Shown in pieces: positions 20,299-31,171 of a DNA stretch of 64,000 nt (the first letter of the stretch is position 1; each line of letters starts with the position of its first letter). A program made the translations under genes and the position numbers. Source of the DNA: a virus; IMG/VR virus record IMGVR_UViG_3300032092_000025, positions 5,473-69,472 of that record. One strand, given 5' to 3'. The notes under the pieces were generated by a model. That model did not search any database, was not told where the DNA came from, and saw nothing but the letters and a program-made list of their open reading frames with translations.

Positions 20299-22137
20299 TT
20301 AACTGAAATTAACAGTACTTAGGTTTTTAACCCTGACTCTGATGTCTTTGCCCGTATATCTAATTTGATATATCTGTGTTGGTTCTGCGAAGATAGTTTC
20401 ATCAATTAATTCAATTTGTCTTGTAGTCGAATCCGCATATCTTTGAGATGTTTGAGATGATGAGTATTGTCCTCCAACTTCGTTTATTACGTCAATTGCC
20501 GCTACACTAATTACACCATTTAGAGATTGAATATTTTTTCTTATTTCTGATATATAAACATTTTGACCCATTTCTCTATTATTAGGTGCAAAGTAATCAT
20601 TAACAGAATTTACTATTTGTGTAATTACACTTCCTTGATTTTGACTTGAGTCTAATACAACAGAAATATCTAAACTTAAATCTATAACTTGGGCACTTTC
20701 TACACTTATATAATCGTTAATCATCCTGTAGTTAGACAAATAATTGGCAATATTACTTTTTAAAGTATTAGATATTAAGTTTGTCAACTTACCTGATGTA
20801 TCATAAGACACACATTTTATTTTTATTTTATTTTCCTGTTCTGTTATCGCAACTTTTGCAGGAGACCCGAATTGAGATGGCATAGTTCTTATGAGAGATT
20901 CATAATCATTGATTGTAACCGCTCTTTTTTGAGATGAAAAATTATATCCAACGTAGTTTCTTACTTCCTCTACGGTTGGTAAATTCGCACCACCTATCGC
21001 TGCGGTAGGATTATTACATCTTAAAGACCCTACTGTTGATACGTTTTGGTCTTCAGAAGGTCCATTAACTGAAAAATCTATGGTCCCTAACTGATTAATA
21101 ACATTAACACCTAAGTTAGAAGATATACCACCACCAACTCGGTATTGGATAAACAGTGTTGAATTTGGAGTTAATGCACTACCTAATGATAAGTTGTTAG
21201 AGTATCTTGATAAATTAAGTTGGAATCCGTTCGCGGCGAACTCTCTTAATTGCTCATCCGATGATTGACTACCACCACCGAAAGTCATTTTGAAAAAACT
21301 TTCAGGAGTATATTCTGTTATAAATTTATTTGATGTGGATATGTATTTACCGACTTTAATACCAGGTGAGTCAGATACTTTGGTTGGGTCTTCAACAAAG
21401 ACCTTATCTTGTATTAAAGCATCTACCTCATACCATCTGTTCTCTAAACCTAGAAAATCTTGGTTCGGGGGTGTTCCTGCATATTGGGTACCCTCTTTTA
21501 ACAGAACTGAAGTTACATTTAAAACATTTTTTTCAGGTAAAAATAATTCAAAAAATGGTCTAACATCATTTGGTAATATTACTTTTTTGAAGACCTTTGT
21601 AACACCATTAACCACAGTTTCTCTTTTTGTAATTTGATAACTTGTAATAATTCCATTGGAGTCAAAATTTGGAATTTTGGTCCTGTTTGGGAATCCCTCG
21701 TTATTAACGGGTGATGTAAAATCAATATCATAAACCGTTTCAAACGTTTGACCTGCACCTTGTACTTGTGAACCTCTTCTCAAAATTCCACAATATCTAA
21801 TATCTTCCTTATCTCCGAAAGCAGGAACTGTTATTATGAAATCAACTAATGCAACTGATGGTCTTTGGCCAGGAATTTTTAATCCATATGTTCTCGCAAT
21901 ATTATAAACTGAAGACCTTTGTTGAGCGTATTGTAATACGGTTTCTTGTATACTTCTGTCGATTTGGAATTGTAGGTTATCAGAAACCGCAGCGTTCAAA
22001 TCCAATAGAACTGAAAATACCGAGGCATCATTTACATTCGATAAAAGGTCAGGATAATATGTTTTTACAAAATTAATTAATTCAGTCCTTATTGATTGAA
22101 AATCTCTGACCGTATAGGATATTTTTTTATTTGCCAT
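20299..22137 (-). CDS. Baseplate wedge protein, T4 gp6 / baseplate J family
   Basis: RDFQSIRTELINFVKTYYP, IARTYG, YRVGGG, AAIGG, RAVTINDY motifs; follows the gp25-like gene. Confidence 0.9.
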   Translation of the reverse strand: MANKKISYTVRDFQSIRTELINFVKTYYPDLLSNVNDASVFSVLLDLNAAVSDNLQFQIDRSIQETVLQYAQQRSSVYNIARTYGLKIPGQRPSVALVDFIITVPAFGDKEDIRYCGILRRGSQVQGAGQTFETVYDIDFTSPVNNEGFPNRTKIPNFDSNGIITSYQITKRETVVNGVTKVFKKVILPNDVRPFFELFLPEKNVLNVTSVLLKEGTQYAGTPPNQDFLGLENRWYEVDALIQDKVFVEDPTKVSDSPGIKVGKYISTSNKFITEYTPESFFKMTFGGGSQSSDEQLREFAANGFQLNLSRYSNNLSLGSALTPNSTLFIQYRVGGGISSNLGVNVINQLGTIDFSVNGPSEDQNVSTVGSLRCNNPTAAIGGANLPTVEEVRNYVGYNFSSQKRAVTINDYESLIRTMPSQFGSPAKVAITEQENKIKIKCVSYDTSGKLTNLISNTLKSNIANYLSNYRMINDYISVESAQVIDLSLDISVVLDSSQNQGSVITQIVNSVNDYFAPNNREMGQNVYISEIRKNIQSLNGVISVAAIDVINEVGGQYSSSQTSQRYADSTTRQIELIDETIFAEPTQIYQIRYTGKDIRVRVKNLSTVNFS

Positions 22138-22140
22138 AAC

Positions 22141-22599
22141 TTATATATTAATAATTACAAAATCGGAACTTTCAAAGGCGTTTGAAGTAACTTTATAGTC
22201 TATTTTAACTCTAGCGGTATGTTCTTTAGTACCAATACCGGGAACTCTAAATACTCTTTCATCTCCACTTATCACCGTTCTACTTTCGGATTCTTCCTCC
22301 GTTGATGCGTCATACACTTGAATACTTGTAATTTTTAAATTAGGAATATAAATCCTTACAGTTTCTCGTATTTCAGACTCTAACTGTGCAAATGTTGGAC
22401 CATCCAAAGGTTCAAAAATGTATTCATACAATCTTGTACCAAAATCAGGTAAAAAATATCTTGTACCTTTTCTTGTTAGTAATAAATGAATAAGGTCAGT
22501 TCTGATTTCCTCATCAGGAGTATCAGATAAATCCAAATATCTACCATCATAAGAATCTCTAAATGGAAAATTAATTCCGTATGTTGTTCCATTTGCCAT
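22141..22599 (-). CDS. Baseplate wedge / sheath initiator, gp25/GPW family
   Basis: LIHLLLTRKGTRYFLPDFGTRLYEYIFEP motif. Confidence 0.92.
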   Translation of the reverse strand: MANGTTYGINFPFRDSYDGRYLDLSDTPDEEIRTDLIHLLLTRKGTRYFLPDFGTRLYEYIFEPLDGPTFAQLESEIRETVRIYIPNLKITSIQVYDASTEEESESRTVISGDERVFRVPGIGTKEHTARVKIDYKVTSNAFESSDFVIINI

Positions 22600-22647
22600 A
22601 CCTATAAATATAAGGTGTTAAATTTTGTTTTCGTTAAAGTGGTATAT

Positions 22648-22677
22648 AAAAGAAAAAATCCCGATTTCTCGGGATTT
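22648..22677 (-). terminator. Rho-independent terminator after nrdA
   Basis: aaatcccga-tttc-tcgggattt hairpin (22656-22677) followed by a T-run on the minus strand. Confidence 0.8.
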
Positions 22678-22680
22678 GTA

Positions 22681-25101
22681 TTATGCTGAACATCCAAAAC
22701 AATCAACTAAACTTCCATCGGGTTTGGGTGGTAAATTCATTTTACTGTAATCAACCTCGGGTAATGATTGGGGTTTTACTTCTTGACTGATATCAACCGC
22801 CAAGTGTTTTGCTCCTGTTGATATCGCCTTTGTTCTTACATAGTAACACAAAGTTTTCAATCCATTGTCCCAAGCCTTAAAGTGAGATGAAGTAATTTTT
22901 GATACCGTTGGGTTTGCCAAATAGATATTCATTGATTGAGATTGGTCGATAAATGGTGCTCTATCAGATGCCATATCAATTAGTTCTCTTTGTGAAATTT
23001 CCCAAATGGTTTTATATTTTTTCAAAAGATGTTCAATTCTTTTTACTTTTTTATTGTAGTTCTTATCCTCAGCGTCCAAGTACTTGTTAAAATTAATTGG
23101 TTGGATTGAACCTTCGTTTATGATAATTTCATTTTTAACTTGTTCGTTCCAAATACCAATTTTTTCAAAGTCGGTAATAAGATATTTGTTCACAATCATA
23201 ATTTCTCCACCAACAACTCGTCTGTTAAATAACGCTGAGTGTGCCGGTTCTGTCATTTCATAAGACCCTGTGATTTTCGCAGATGATGCTACTGGCATCT
23301 GTGCGGTTGATAGTGAATTACAAACCCCGTATAACTTAACACTTTCTTTAAGTGAGTTCCAATCCCACATTCCTGATAGGTTACTTTCACCTAATCCCCA
23401 CATATCAAATTGGAATACCCCTTGTGACATTGGCGACCCTTGGAAGAAGTCGTATGGTTTGTATTCACCTGTTTTACACAAGTTATTTGATTCGTAAATC
23501 GCTCCGTAATAGATAGTTTCAAAGATATCTTTATTTAATTTCTTTGCCTCATCAGAAGTGAAAACATAATCCATTAAGTAAAACACATCCGCCAATCCTT
23601 GAGTTCCGATACCGATTGCTCTTTGTTCTAAACCACCTTTTCTACCTTTTTCGGTTGAGTAGTAGTTAATGTCGATAACTTTGTTAAGTGCTCTTACCAC
23701 CTTACGAGTTTCTTCAAACAATCTTTGGAAGTTGAATTTACCGTCCTCAATAAAGTTTTTCAAAATCATAGACGATAGTGTACAAATCGCAGTTGTTTTT
23801 TCATCCGTATATTGGTAAACCTCGTTACACAAATTTGATTGTTTAATTACACCGATATTCTGATGGTTTGTCTTTCTGTTGGCACTATCTTTTGAACATA
23901 GGTATGGTACACCAGTTTCAATTTGTGATTCTACAATCTTATACCATAACTCTTGAGCCTTGATTTTTCTACCTAAACCTAAACTTACGGCTTTGTTATA
24001 GATTTCTTCGTATTCCTCACCGTAACATTCTTGGAGTGGTTTTAATCCCGCTTTTTTAATGTCGTCAGGACAGAATAAATACCAATCCGAAGATTCACGA
24101 ACCGCTCTCATAAAGTTATCAGGTAACCACAAAGACGTGAAAAGGTCTCTCGCCCTTAACTCTTCAGGACCTGTGTTTTTCTTAATATCCAAAAGGTCAA
24201 AAATGTCTTTGTGCCAAGGTTCAATATATATGGCCGCACTTCCCGGTCTTCTTCCTTGTTGGTTAAAGAATCTCAACGATTCATTCACGATTTTAAGATA
24301 CTTTAATAATCCACCTGCGAATCCACCTGATGAAGAGATACGAGTATCTTTTGACCTTAGATTACTCATACAAAGTCCGATACCTGCAGCATCTGATGAG
24401 TATGTTGAAATGTCTTTTAGGGTATCCAACAATCCTACTCTTGAGTCGTCGTTATTGTAGTGTAACACACAAGATGCTAGTTGAGGTACTTTGGTTCCCG
24501 CATTAATCATGATAGGGGTCGCAGGGGAGATAAGTTGGTTTGACAACGAATTGTAGTATTCAACCGCCTCTTCAAATGATTTTGTAACCCATAAAGCGAC
24601 TCTCATATACATATGTTGAGGTCTCTCAACTGAAACACCATTTGAGTTTTTCAAAAGATACATCTCCTGTAATGAACGCCAAGCAAAATAATCAAAGTTA
24701 TAATCAAGTTCGTGGTTGATGGCGGCGTCAATATTATCTTTACCATAAGACTTTATGATATTAATAAGGTCTTCGTTGATGATATTATCTTGACTTAAAC
24801 TTTCCATGACTTCACAGAAACTTGGGTTTGTTTCTTTGTGGTATGATGAAATCGCTACAGTTGCAGACAATCTACTATAATCGTAGTGACTACCTGTATA
24901 AGCTGCAGAAATCTCATAAACCAACTTGTCCAAATCCATAGTGGTAATTTTACCTTCTGTAGGAACGGATGTGATTACTTTGATGAATATTTCATCTGAA
25001 TTCACGTTAAGTGACTTAGCAGCCTTTTTAATTCTGTTGTATATTTTGGTGGGGTTGAAGGCCACTTCTTCCCCACCTTTTTTAATAATTGTTAATGACA
25101 T
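22681..25101 (-). CDS. nrdA: Class Ia ribonucleotide reductase alpha subunit with N-terminal ATP cone
   Basis: IIKKGG ATP-cone start, SPATP, QLASC, QSNLCNE, TAICTL, MPVASS, TLCYY and C-terminal CFGCSA; no intein evident. Confidence 0.97.
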   Translation of the reverse strand: MSLTIIKKGGEEVAFNPTKIYNRIKKAAKSLNVNSDEIFIKVITSVPTEGKITTMDLDKLVYEISAAYTGSHYDYSRLSATVAISSYHKETNPSFCEVMESLSQDNIINEDLINIIKSYGKDNIDAAINHELDYNFDYFAWRSLQEMYLLKNSNGVSVERPQHMYMRVALWVTKSFEEAVEYYNSLSNQLISPATPIMINAGTKVPQLASCVLHYNNDDSRVGLLDTLKDISTYSSDAAGIGLCMSNLRSKDTRISSSGGFAGGLLKYLKIVNESLRFFNQQGRRPGSAAIYIEPWHKDIFDLLDIKKNTGPEELRARDLFTSLWLPDNFMRAVRESSDWYLFCPDDIKKAGLKPLQECYGEEYEEIYNKAVSLGLGRKIKAQELWYKIVESQIETGVPYLCSKDSANRKTNHQNIGVIKQSNLCNEVYQYTDEKTTAICTLSSMILKNFIEDGKFNFQRLFEETRKVVRALNKVIDINYYSTEKGRKGGLEQRAIGIGTQGLADVFYLMDYVFTSDEAKKLNKDIFETIYYGAIYESNNLCKTGEYKPYDFFQGSPMSQGVFQFDMWGLGESNLSGMWDWNSLKESVKLYGVCNSLSTAQMPVASSAKITGSYEMTEPAHSALFNRRVVGGEIMIVNKYLITDFEKIGIWNEQVKNEIIINEGSIQPINFNKYLDAEDKNYNKKVKRIEHLLKKYKTIWEISQRELIDMASDRAPFIDQSQSMNIYLANPTVSKITSSHFKAWDNGLKTLCYYVRTKAISTGAKHLAVDISQEVKPQSLPEVDYSKMNLPPKPDGSLVDCFGCSA

Positions 25102-25111
25102 AGTTTATAAT

Positions 25112-26059
25112 TTAAAAATCTTCATCAAATGAGATTGCTTCGTTAAGTTTTGCTTTTTGATACTCGATAGTTCTACTCTCAAAGAAATTACCTTTGGTTT
25201 CTACAGCGATTTGTTCCATAAATTTGAATGGTTGTTCTACGTTAAATTCTTTTTTACATCCGAATTTAACTAAAAGTCCATCAACAACAAATTCCAAATA
25301 TTGTTTCATTAGGTTTTGATTCATACCAATTAATGAAACAGGTAATGATTCTGTGATAAATTCCTTCTCAATATCAAGTGCCGATAACAATATTTCTTTG
25401 ATTCGTTTTTCTGATATTTTGTTTTCAATATGATTGTTAAATAAATGAATTGCGAAATCACAATGTAGGTTTTCGTCTTTAAAAATCAAGGCGTTTGCGT
25501 TACACAATCCTTGTAGGATACCTCTTGATTTCAACCAAAAGATTGAACAGAATGAACCTGAAAAAAAGATTCCTTCAACTGCCGCGAAAGCAACTAATCT
25601 CTCCTGAAATGATGCATTTTCAATCCAATTAAGAGCCCAATTAGCCTTCTTTTGGACCGCAGGTAAGTGTTCGATTGCGGTGAAACACTCCATCTTTTCT
25701 TTGGGGTCGTTAATGTATGTATCAATTAATAGGGAATACATTAATGAGTGGATATTTTCCATTGCTAGTTGAAACCCGTAGAAAAACTTCGCTTCAGGAT
25801 ACTGAACTTCTCTATAAAAGTTTTCTGCCAAGTTCTCGTTAACGATACCGTCAGATGCTGCAAAAAACGATAATATGTTTTTTACAAAATACTTTTCATT
25901 ATCAGATAATTTTTCCCAATCTCTAATATCACCACTTAAATCGACCTCTTGTGCGGTCCAAAATGCGGATTGATGTTTTTCGTAGAAGTCCCATATATCG
26001 TTATGTTCAATAGGGAATATAACAAACCTATTAGGGTTCTCTTTTAATATTTTTTCCAT
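25112..26059 (-). CDS. nrdB: Class Ia ribonucleotide reductase beta subunit
   Basis: [52 protein letters not shown]. Confidence 0.97.
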   Translation of the reverse strand: MEKILKENPNRFVIFPIEHNDIWDFYEKHQSAFWTAQEVDLSGDIRDWEKLSDNEKYFVKNILSFFAASDGIVNENLAENFYREVQYPEAKFFYGFQLAMENIHSLMYSLLIDTYINDPKEKMECFTAIEHLPAVQKKANWALNWIENASFQERLVAFAAVEGIFFSGSFCSIFWLKSRGILQGLCNANALIFKDENLHCDFAIHLFNNHIENKISEKRIKEILLSALDIEKEFITESLPVSLIGMNQNLMKQYLEFVVDGLLVKFGCKKEFNVEQPFKFMEQIAVETKGNFFESRTIEYQKAKLNEAISFDEDF

Positions 26060-26061
26060 AA

Positions 26062-27441
26062 TTAATTAACTTGTTGTTTTTCTTTTCTTTTATCCATCAA
26101 CTCTTTCATTCTCTGACGGCGCTTTTCTTCTTGGTTTTCTTCGTGACCCAAGAATGTTGTGGATGATTCAACATCAATTTCTAACATTGCGTTATCAAAT
26201 TTACAATTTTCAAATACGACACCATCATCACCGATACGAGATTTTGTAATCGCAATTGTTGCCAGTTTCATTTCTTTCTGTGTAAGTGACTTCGCCACTG
26301 AAATGATTACGTGACCGACTTGAGCCTTTTTAATCGACCCACCCATTTGGTCTGTGGTTACGACCTCTGATGAAATAGATGACCTATTTCCTTGTGTTGC
26401 GGTCCAACCTACCAAACTTAATTCGTGACACATCGCTTCAAACCCTCTCATTACCGAACCTTCACTTTTCCACTCATCTTGTAGTTGTCTGTCGGGTAAA
26501 ACACAATCAATGTAGTCTAATAGTACCATATCAATTTGTTGTCCGTCGGCAATTAACTTTCTAATCGTGTTTTTGATTTGACCCATAGTCAAAGTATCAG
26601 AAGCGTATTTTTGTAAAATTAACTTATTGTTCATAGTACCTTCAACTTCTTTTACCTTTTTCAGAACTTCGTCTTTCTTGAGTGTTAAATCATCGGGGTG
26701 AATTCCTGTCCATAACACAATGTGCTTTCTTTGGATAATCTTTGGGTTGTCCTCAAAAAATATCTGTAACACATTATATCCTAAATTAAATGCGTGATTT
26801 GATATTTTGGTTAACAATGTGGACTTACCCACACCTGTTGGTGCTAAGATAACACCAATTTCTCCTTTTGCCAAACCACCTTTTAATAATCTGTCAATAC
26901 CAGGAATCCCCATAGGTATCGGATGTCTGTAATCCTCGTTCAAAACTTCATCCAAGTTTGAGAATACATCCATAAGAGATGTCTCTCTTTCACCTACTTG
27001 TAATGCGGTTTTAAATAATTCTTCAATTGTGTCGTAACTTTCAAACTCCCCTCCATCAATGATTTTTTGAGCCTTACCCATCGCCTTTGAAACTTCTTGT
27101 TGTTTACAAAATTTCAAAGCCTTTTCTTGTACAAACTGTGGTCCATCAATATTAATATCCTTGATTTTTTTCACAGTATCAAGTACAACTTTCGCCACCA
27201 TTTCTTGAGGTAGTTCGCTTCTTGTAATCTGATTTAGAGTTTCAAAAGATGGTGTAACTTCGTATTTCTTATAATACTCCTTAACCATTTGTAATATGAT
27301 TTTGAAGTATTTGTTCTCGAAATAAGTGGGTTCAATAACATCAACAATAGAGTGAGCGAAGTTCTTATCTATAACAATCTGATTAAGTAATTGTAATTGA
27401 AATGATTGTCCTAAGTATTCAAAATTTTTCTCGTTCGCCAT
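26062..27441 (-). CDS. Replicative DNA helicase, DnaB/T4 gp41-like
   Basis: [10 protein letters not shown], Walker [28 protein letters not shown]. Confidence 0.92.
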   Translation of the reverse strand: MANEKNFEYLGQSFQLQLLNQIVIDKNFAHSIVDVIEPTYFENKYFKIILQMVKEYYKKYEVTPSFETLNQITRSELPQEMVAKVVLDTVKKIKDINIDGPQFVQEKALKFCKQQEVSKAMGKAQKIIDGGEFESYDTIEELFKTALQVGERETSLMDVFSNLDEVLNEDYRHPIPMGIPGIDRLLKGGLAKGEIGVILAPTGVGKSTLLTKISNHAFNLGYNVLQIFFEDNPKIIQRKHIVLWTGIHPDDLTLKKDEVLKKVKEVEGTMNNKLILQKYASDTLTMGQIKNTIRKLIADGQQIDMVLLDYIDCVLPDRQLQDEWKSEGSVMRGFEAMCHELSLVGWTATQGNRSSISSEVVTTDQMGGSIKKAQVGHVIISVAKSLTQKEMKLATIAITKSRIGDDGVVFENCKFDNAMLEIDVESSTTFLGHEENQEEKRRQRMKELMDKRKEKQQVN

Positions 27442-27470
27442 AATAAATATCCTTGTTGTATTGATAAATA

Positions 27471-27923
27471 TTACCCTTCTAAGTTATAATCCATGTATTC
27501 GTAAGTTAATTTTTTTTCCGAAAAAATCTCAGTCAGGGTGTTTAAAATCGACTTTAATTTTGGGCGGAGGTCTACAGTGTACCTTACTTTTGGTGGGTAA
27601 ATCTTCGCGTCGAGGTAACGATTATACAATATAGTATCTCCGTTTTTAATCATAAGTGAAAAACACTCGGGACCATTGGTGATTGATGTTTCCATAACCA
27701 TTGGGTTTTCAAATATGTCGTACATATTGTCAATCATGTAAGTGGCGGTTCTCACTCGTAAATCTGATTTAAACCCCTCAATGAATTCAGAAATGTAATC
27801 GTGAAGTTCCATTGAGTTACGGGCTTTATGATTATAACCCCTCACATTAAAGAATCTTTGTACGATAATGTTTCCATTAACTTTGAGTAAAAACTCCAAC
27901 TTGGTTGAATCTTGTTCTTTCAT
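27471..27923 (-). CDS. Hypothetical protein
   Basis: 150-aa ORF tightly packed in the replication operon. Confidence 0.6.
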   Translation of the reverse strand: MKEQDSTKLEFLLKVNGNIIVQRFFNVRGYNHKARNSMELHDYISEFIEGFKSDLRVRTATYMIDNMYDIFENPMVMETSITNGPECFSLMIKNGDTILYNRYLDAKIYPPKVRYTVDLRPKLKSILNTLTEIFSEKKLTYEYMDYNLEG

Positions 27924-27926
27924 AAA

Positions 27927-28934
27927 TTATTTTTTTTCGTTTTTAAATTTCTTTTTTTCTTTTCTTGTTAGTTTCATTATTGGTCTTAGGAATTCTACCC
28001 AAGCATCGTCGGTTTTTGGTAGGTATTTGAATACCCCATCATCCATCATCATTTTGATTAGATTTTTGTATCCCCTACCATCAGGGTCCAAGGTTTCTTT
28101 ATAATATTCTTCAACAATAGTTTTACCTTGGTCTGTAATAAGTGGTTCAGACAAATCAATTATCTTTTGGTTAATCACAAAAAATTCTTCTCCATATACA
28201 CCATCTTTGGTTTTACCTGTTAGTAGATTTTTAAGTGCCGTGTTTTCTTTGTCCTCCTTTAGTAGGAGTTCCGCTTTTGATAAAATATCACTAAATGTAA
28301 TGGGATTTTCAAGTATCTCGGGAAATAATTTAACCAAGGTTTTCTCACCAAGTAATCTAATTCCATCGATATTATCGGAGATGTCACCACATAAAATTTT
28401 GGTTGTTTTGATGTTATAGTGGGGGAATTCTAAATCCTTATTTTTAACCATATCACCCATCTTATACGTTCGTTTTTGTTGTGGTGAATATATAGATACT
28501 TTTTCAGAAATAAGTTGTGTTAAATCCCTATCTGACGAAAATATTATTTTTTGTTCGTCTTCCGATATATGACAATAATAAGCTATTAAATCATCAGCCT
28601 CATTATCATTCATCTCAACTTGACGAACAAACATCTCCTCAAGATATTGTTTAACACGTTGTTTTTGGTAATTAAATGAATTCTCTTTTAACGGGTCGGT
28701 TTCAGGTCTTTGCCCTTTATACTTTGGGTATATTAGTTTTCGTGCCGATGAGTTTGAGTCACCGTCCCAAAATACCACTACCTTATCTAAATTCTCTAGT
28801 TCTATGAACTTACGGAGGGTATTTAAAAAATGATAAATACCTCCGATATGTTCACCTTTATGGTAAAATTCTTTGACTCCGTGAAATCCGATTTTTAGTA
28901 AATTATTACCATCAACCAAAAGTGTTTTTATCAC
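27927..28934 (-). CDS. 5'-3' exonuclease / flap endonuclease (T4 RNase H, PolA N-terminal-like)
   Basis: LLVDGNNL, VFWDG, YKGQR, EADDLIA, SSDRDLTQL, GDISDNIDGI..LGEKT. Confidence 0.93.
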   Translation of the reverse strand: MIKTLLVDGNNLLKIGFHGVKEFYHKGEHIGGIYHFLNTLRKFIELENLDKVVVFWDGDSNSSARKLIYPKYKGQRPETDPLKENSFNYQKQRVKQYLEEMFVRQVEMNDNEADDLIAYYCHISEDEQKIIFSSDRDLTQLISEKVSIYSPQQKRTYKMGDMVKNKDLEFPHYNIKTTKILCGDISDNIDGIRLLGEKTLVKLFPEILENPITFSDILSKAELLLKEDKENTALKNLLTGKTKDGVYGEEFFVINQKIIDLSEPLITDQGKTIVEEYYKETLDPDGRGYKNLIKMMMDDGVFKYLPKTDDAWVEFLRPIMKLTRKEKKKFKNEKK

Positions 28935-28973
28935 TTAATTGTATTTAGATTGTTTGTAAAAAAATTATTGATG

Positions 28974-29960
28974 TTATTCATCAATTTCTGATTCGGATTC
29001 ATCTATTAAGATTTCACCTGTTCCTGAAAGAATTGCGTTCCAATAGTTTGAATATTGTTTCTTGTACTGTTCCAACGCTTCTTTAGTGTCACTAATATAA
29101 CCTTGTGGTACCGCGATAATCTTACCGTCTTTATAACCCAAACCATTTACGTGATTTTTAATGATAGATACTTTGGTTCTGATAGCGTAAGATATTGTTC
29201 TTCCGTTTTTAGTTGCCGTAATATGATTGATACCCGCCTTCTTTTGATTACCGAATAAGAATACTAATGCCGATGCTAACCAAAGTGCCTCTCCACCTTT
29301 TGCCTTAATCTCAGGTTGTCCAAAAGGATTATCAGGTAAGTCAACCCAAGGTTGGTTAACTACAACCATAGTGTTGTAATATGGATAATCTTCTTTCTTT
29401 GACTTTGAGATTCTTGAGTGGATACCCATACCGATTTTATCCGCAAGTGCCGAAGCGTTATGCATCTTTCCACCTTTACCTTCAAATGTCATCTTACAAG
29501 GAATAGAACCAACCGAATCCCATAGGAATACTAAGTTATAGGGGATGTTACCTTTTTCTTGTTCGTCCAACATTTCGTTAACGAAGTCAGTTGCTTGTTC
29601 AATATAGTCAAAACTATCGTTGAATATGAAATCTCCATCCCACTCTCCGTTACTATTTTTTTCAGCGGTCAGTCCTAATTCAATTGCGTGTTCCCAAGAC
29701 CATTTTTTCTCTGTAATAATGAAAACAGGAATATGTCCTTTTCTCTGAGCATCGGCTCCTGCCAAAATCATTGCGGTAGTTTTAGATGAGTTTGAGTGAC
29801 CCAAAAACATATTGATAGCACCCATAACAGGTCCTGGTAATCCACAAGCCTCCATAAAGGCCTCACCACAATTATAGTAACTTTCGGGTTTATATTTTGT
29901 TTTAGTAGAAAACTTATCTTTAATACTACTTAACCCGATTTCTTTTTTCTTTAAAGCCAT
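28974..29960 (-). CDS. RecA/UvsX-like recombinase
   Basis: P-loop GHSNSSKTT, WDSVGS, VVNQ, KGGEAL, KNHV. Start placed at ATG 29960 (MALKKKE), just after the stop of the upstream ORF. Confidence 0.85.
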   Translation of the reverse strand: MALKKKEIGLSSIKDKFSTKTKYKPESYYNCGEAFMEACGLPGPVMGAINMFLGHSNSSKTTAMILAGADAQRKGHIPVFIITEKKWSWEHAIELGLTAEKNSNGEWDGDFIFNDSFDYIEQATDFVNEMLDEQEKGNIPYNLVFLWDSVGSIPCKMTFEGKGGKMHNASALADKIGMGIHSRISKSKKEDYPYYNTMVVVNQPWVDLPDNPFGQPEIKAKGGEALWLASALVFLFGNQKKAGINHITATKNGRTISYAIRTKVSIIKNHVNGLGYKDGKIIAVPQGYISDTKEALEQYKKQYSNYWNAILSGTGEILIDESESEIDE

Positions 29961-29961
29961 A

Positions 29962-30180
29962 TTAAATTTCGTATTTATAGAACTGTTCCAAGTTTTCAAG
30001 TTTGTCTTGAGCATTTGCACGTCTCTCAATTAATTTATCCATTTCCTCAATGTGTTGTGGATGTTCTCCGATACCAACAGGGTTTGTGAAATAAACAAGT
30101 AATGACGCTTCAGCATCCAACATTTCGCTCTCGTATTTCTTTTTAAGAGCCTCGTACATTTTGTTTTTAATTTTGTCCAT
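29962..30180 (-). CDS. Small conserved-type phage hypothetical protein
   Basis: 72 aa with NPVGIGEHP motif and helical character; fits the operon. Confidence 0.65.
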   Translation of the reverse strand: MDKIKNKMYEALKKKYESEMLDAEASLLVYFTNPVGIGEHPQHIEEMDKLIERRANAQDKLENLEQFYKYEI

Positions 30181-30201
30181 ATAATTTTTCTTTAAGGTAA
30201 A

Positions 30202-30246
30202 TAAATAAAAAGCATGGACACTTTGTTTATGTTAATGTCCATGCTT
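30202..30246 (-). terminator. Hairpin / terminator after the SSB gene
   Basis: aagcatggaca (30210-30220) and tgtccatgctt (30236-30246) form an inverted repeat, followed by a T-rich tract on the minus strand. Confidence 0.7.
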
Positions 30247-30256
30247 AAGTTTGAAA

Positions 30257-31108
30257 TTAGAATGGTAACTCTTCGTCAGGTAATTCATCTGACTGTGGGT
30301 CTTGAACTTGTGGTGTTGAACCACCTACTGATGTTGTACCTACGGATGAATCACCGTAAACGTATTTTCCTGCATCTGAGTCCCAAGTTGGTGTTTCTCC
30401 TCGAGCGATTGCTTCTAAATATTCTACAGGTTTTTTTGAATAAACGTCAGCCCAAGTTAGTTCATCATTTAACCAAGCCTTTTGAGTGTCAGCGTTTTCA
30501 TGTATTGGTTGTGGGTCGTCATACATAACTGCCTGAATTACGGTATAAGGTTTACCGTTGTTTGCTTTTGTTTTGGTAAGTTCCAAGATAAGGTCACGAC
30601 CTTTTTCAGAGTCTGTAACATCACCTTTCGCTCTCCAAATTGGAATGATTTTATCCAAGATACCTTCTTTTTTGTAGTTGTGTTTGAATCTCCAAAACTT
30701 TGGTCCGTCTTGTTCTGCGTCACGGTCAACTACTTTTACGATATAGAATAAACGTGAACGGTAATTTCCTGCTAATTTCTTATCCGCTTCTTTACCCGTT
30801 GCCATTAATTCTTCGTAAAGTTCATTAAGTGGTGAACGCTCATTATCGTTTTTACCTGGGTCATAAAGTTTTACCCATTTTCCATCAACTTGTACTTCAT
30901 GATACCACACCTCTTTAAAAGGTGAACCACCATCAGGAGTTGGTAAAATACGTAGTCGTTTTTGTCCTTGATTTTCTTTATCGCCGAGAACCGCGGCGAA
31001 GTATTTTTTCATTCTCTCATCTTGACTCATCTTTGAGCCTGAAGATGTACTTGACTTTTGTTGTTTTTCATACTGAGCCAAAACAGCATCCATTGCATTT
31101 GTCGCCAT
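30257..31108 (-). CDS. Single-stranded DNA-binding protein, T4 gp32-like
   Basis: LRILP...PFKEVWYH, YIVKVVDR, GPKFWRF, GRDLIL and an acidic C-terminal tail ending DEELPF; lies upstream of recA. Confidence 0.8.
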   Translation of the reverse strand: MATNAMDAVLAQYEKQQKSSTSSGSKMSQDERMKKYFAAVLGDKENQGQKRLRILPTPDGGSPFKEVWYHEVQVDGKWVKLYDPGKNDNERSPLNELYEELMATGKEADKKLAGNYRSRLFYIVKVVDRDAEQDGPKFWRFKHNYKKEGILDKIIPIWRAKGDVTDSEKGRDLILELTKTKANNGKPYTVIQAVMYDDPQPIHENADTQKAWLNDELTWADVYSKKPVEYLEAIARGETPTWDSDAGKYVYGDSSVGTTSVGGSTPQVQDPQSDELPDEELPF

Positions 31109-31141
31109 AAAATTTGTATTAAGTTTTTAAATTGTTTTAGA

Positions 31142-31169
31142 ATTATAAGTATTTTAAAGTGGTTGTCAA
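31142..31169 (-). promoter_or_regulatory. Sigma70-consensus promoter upstream of the ssb-recA-exo-helicase-nrd block
   Basis: Minus strand reads TTGACA-N16-TATAAT, ending 33 nt before the ssb ATG and lying right after a terminator. Confidence 0.7.
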
Positions 31170-31171
31170 AT

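Noticed and set aside
22681-27441. Inteins, introns or homing endonucleases in nrdA, nrdB or the helicase
   Set aside because: Protein lengths are normal, motifs are contiguous and no intein splice motifs are visible; the same holds for the visible part of the polymerase.
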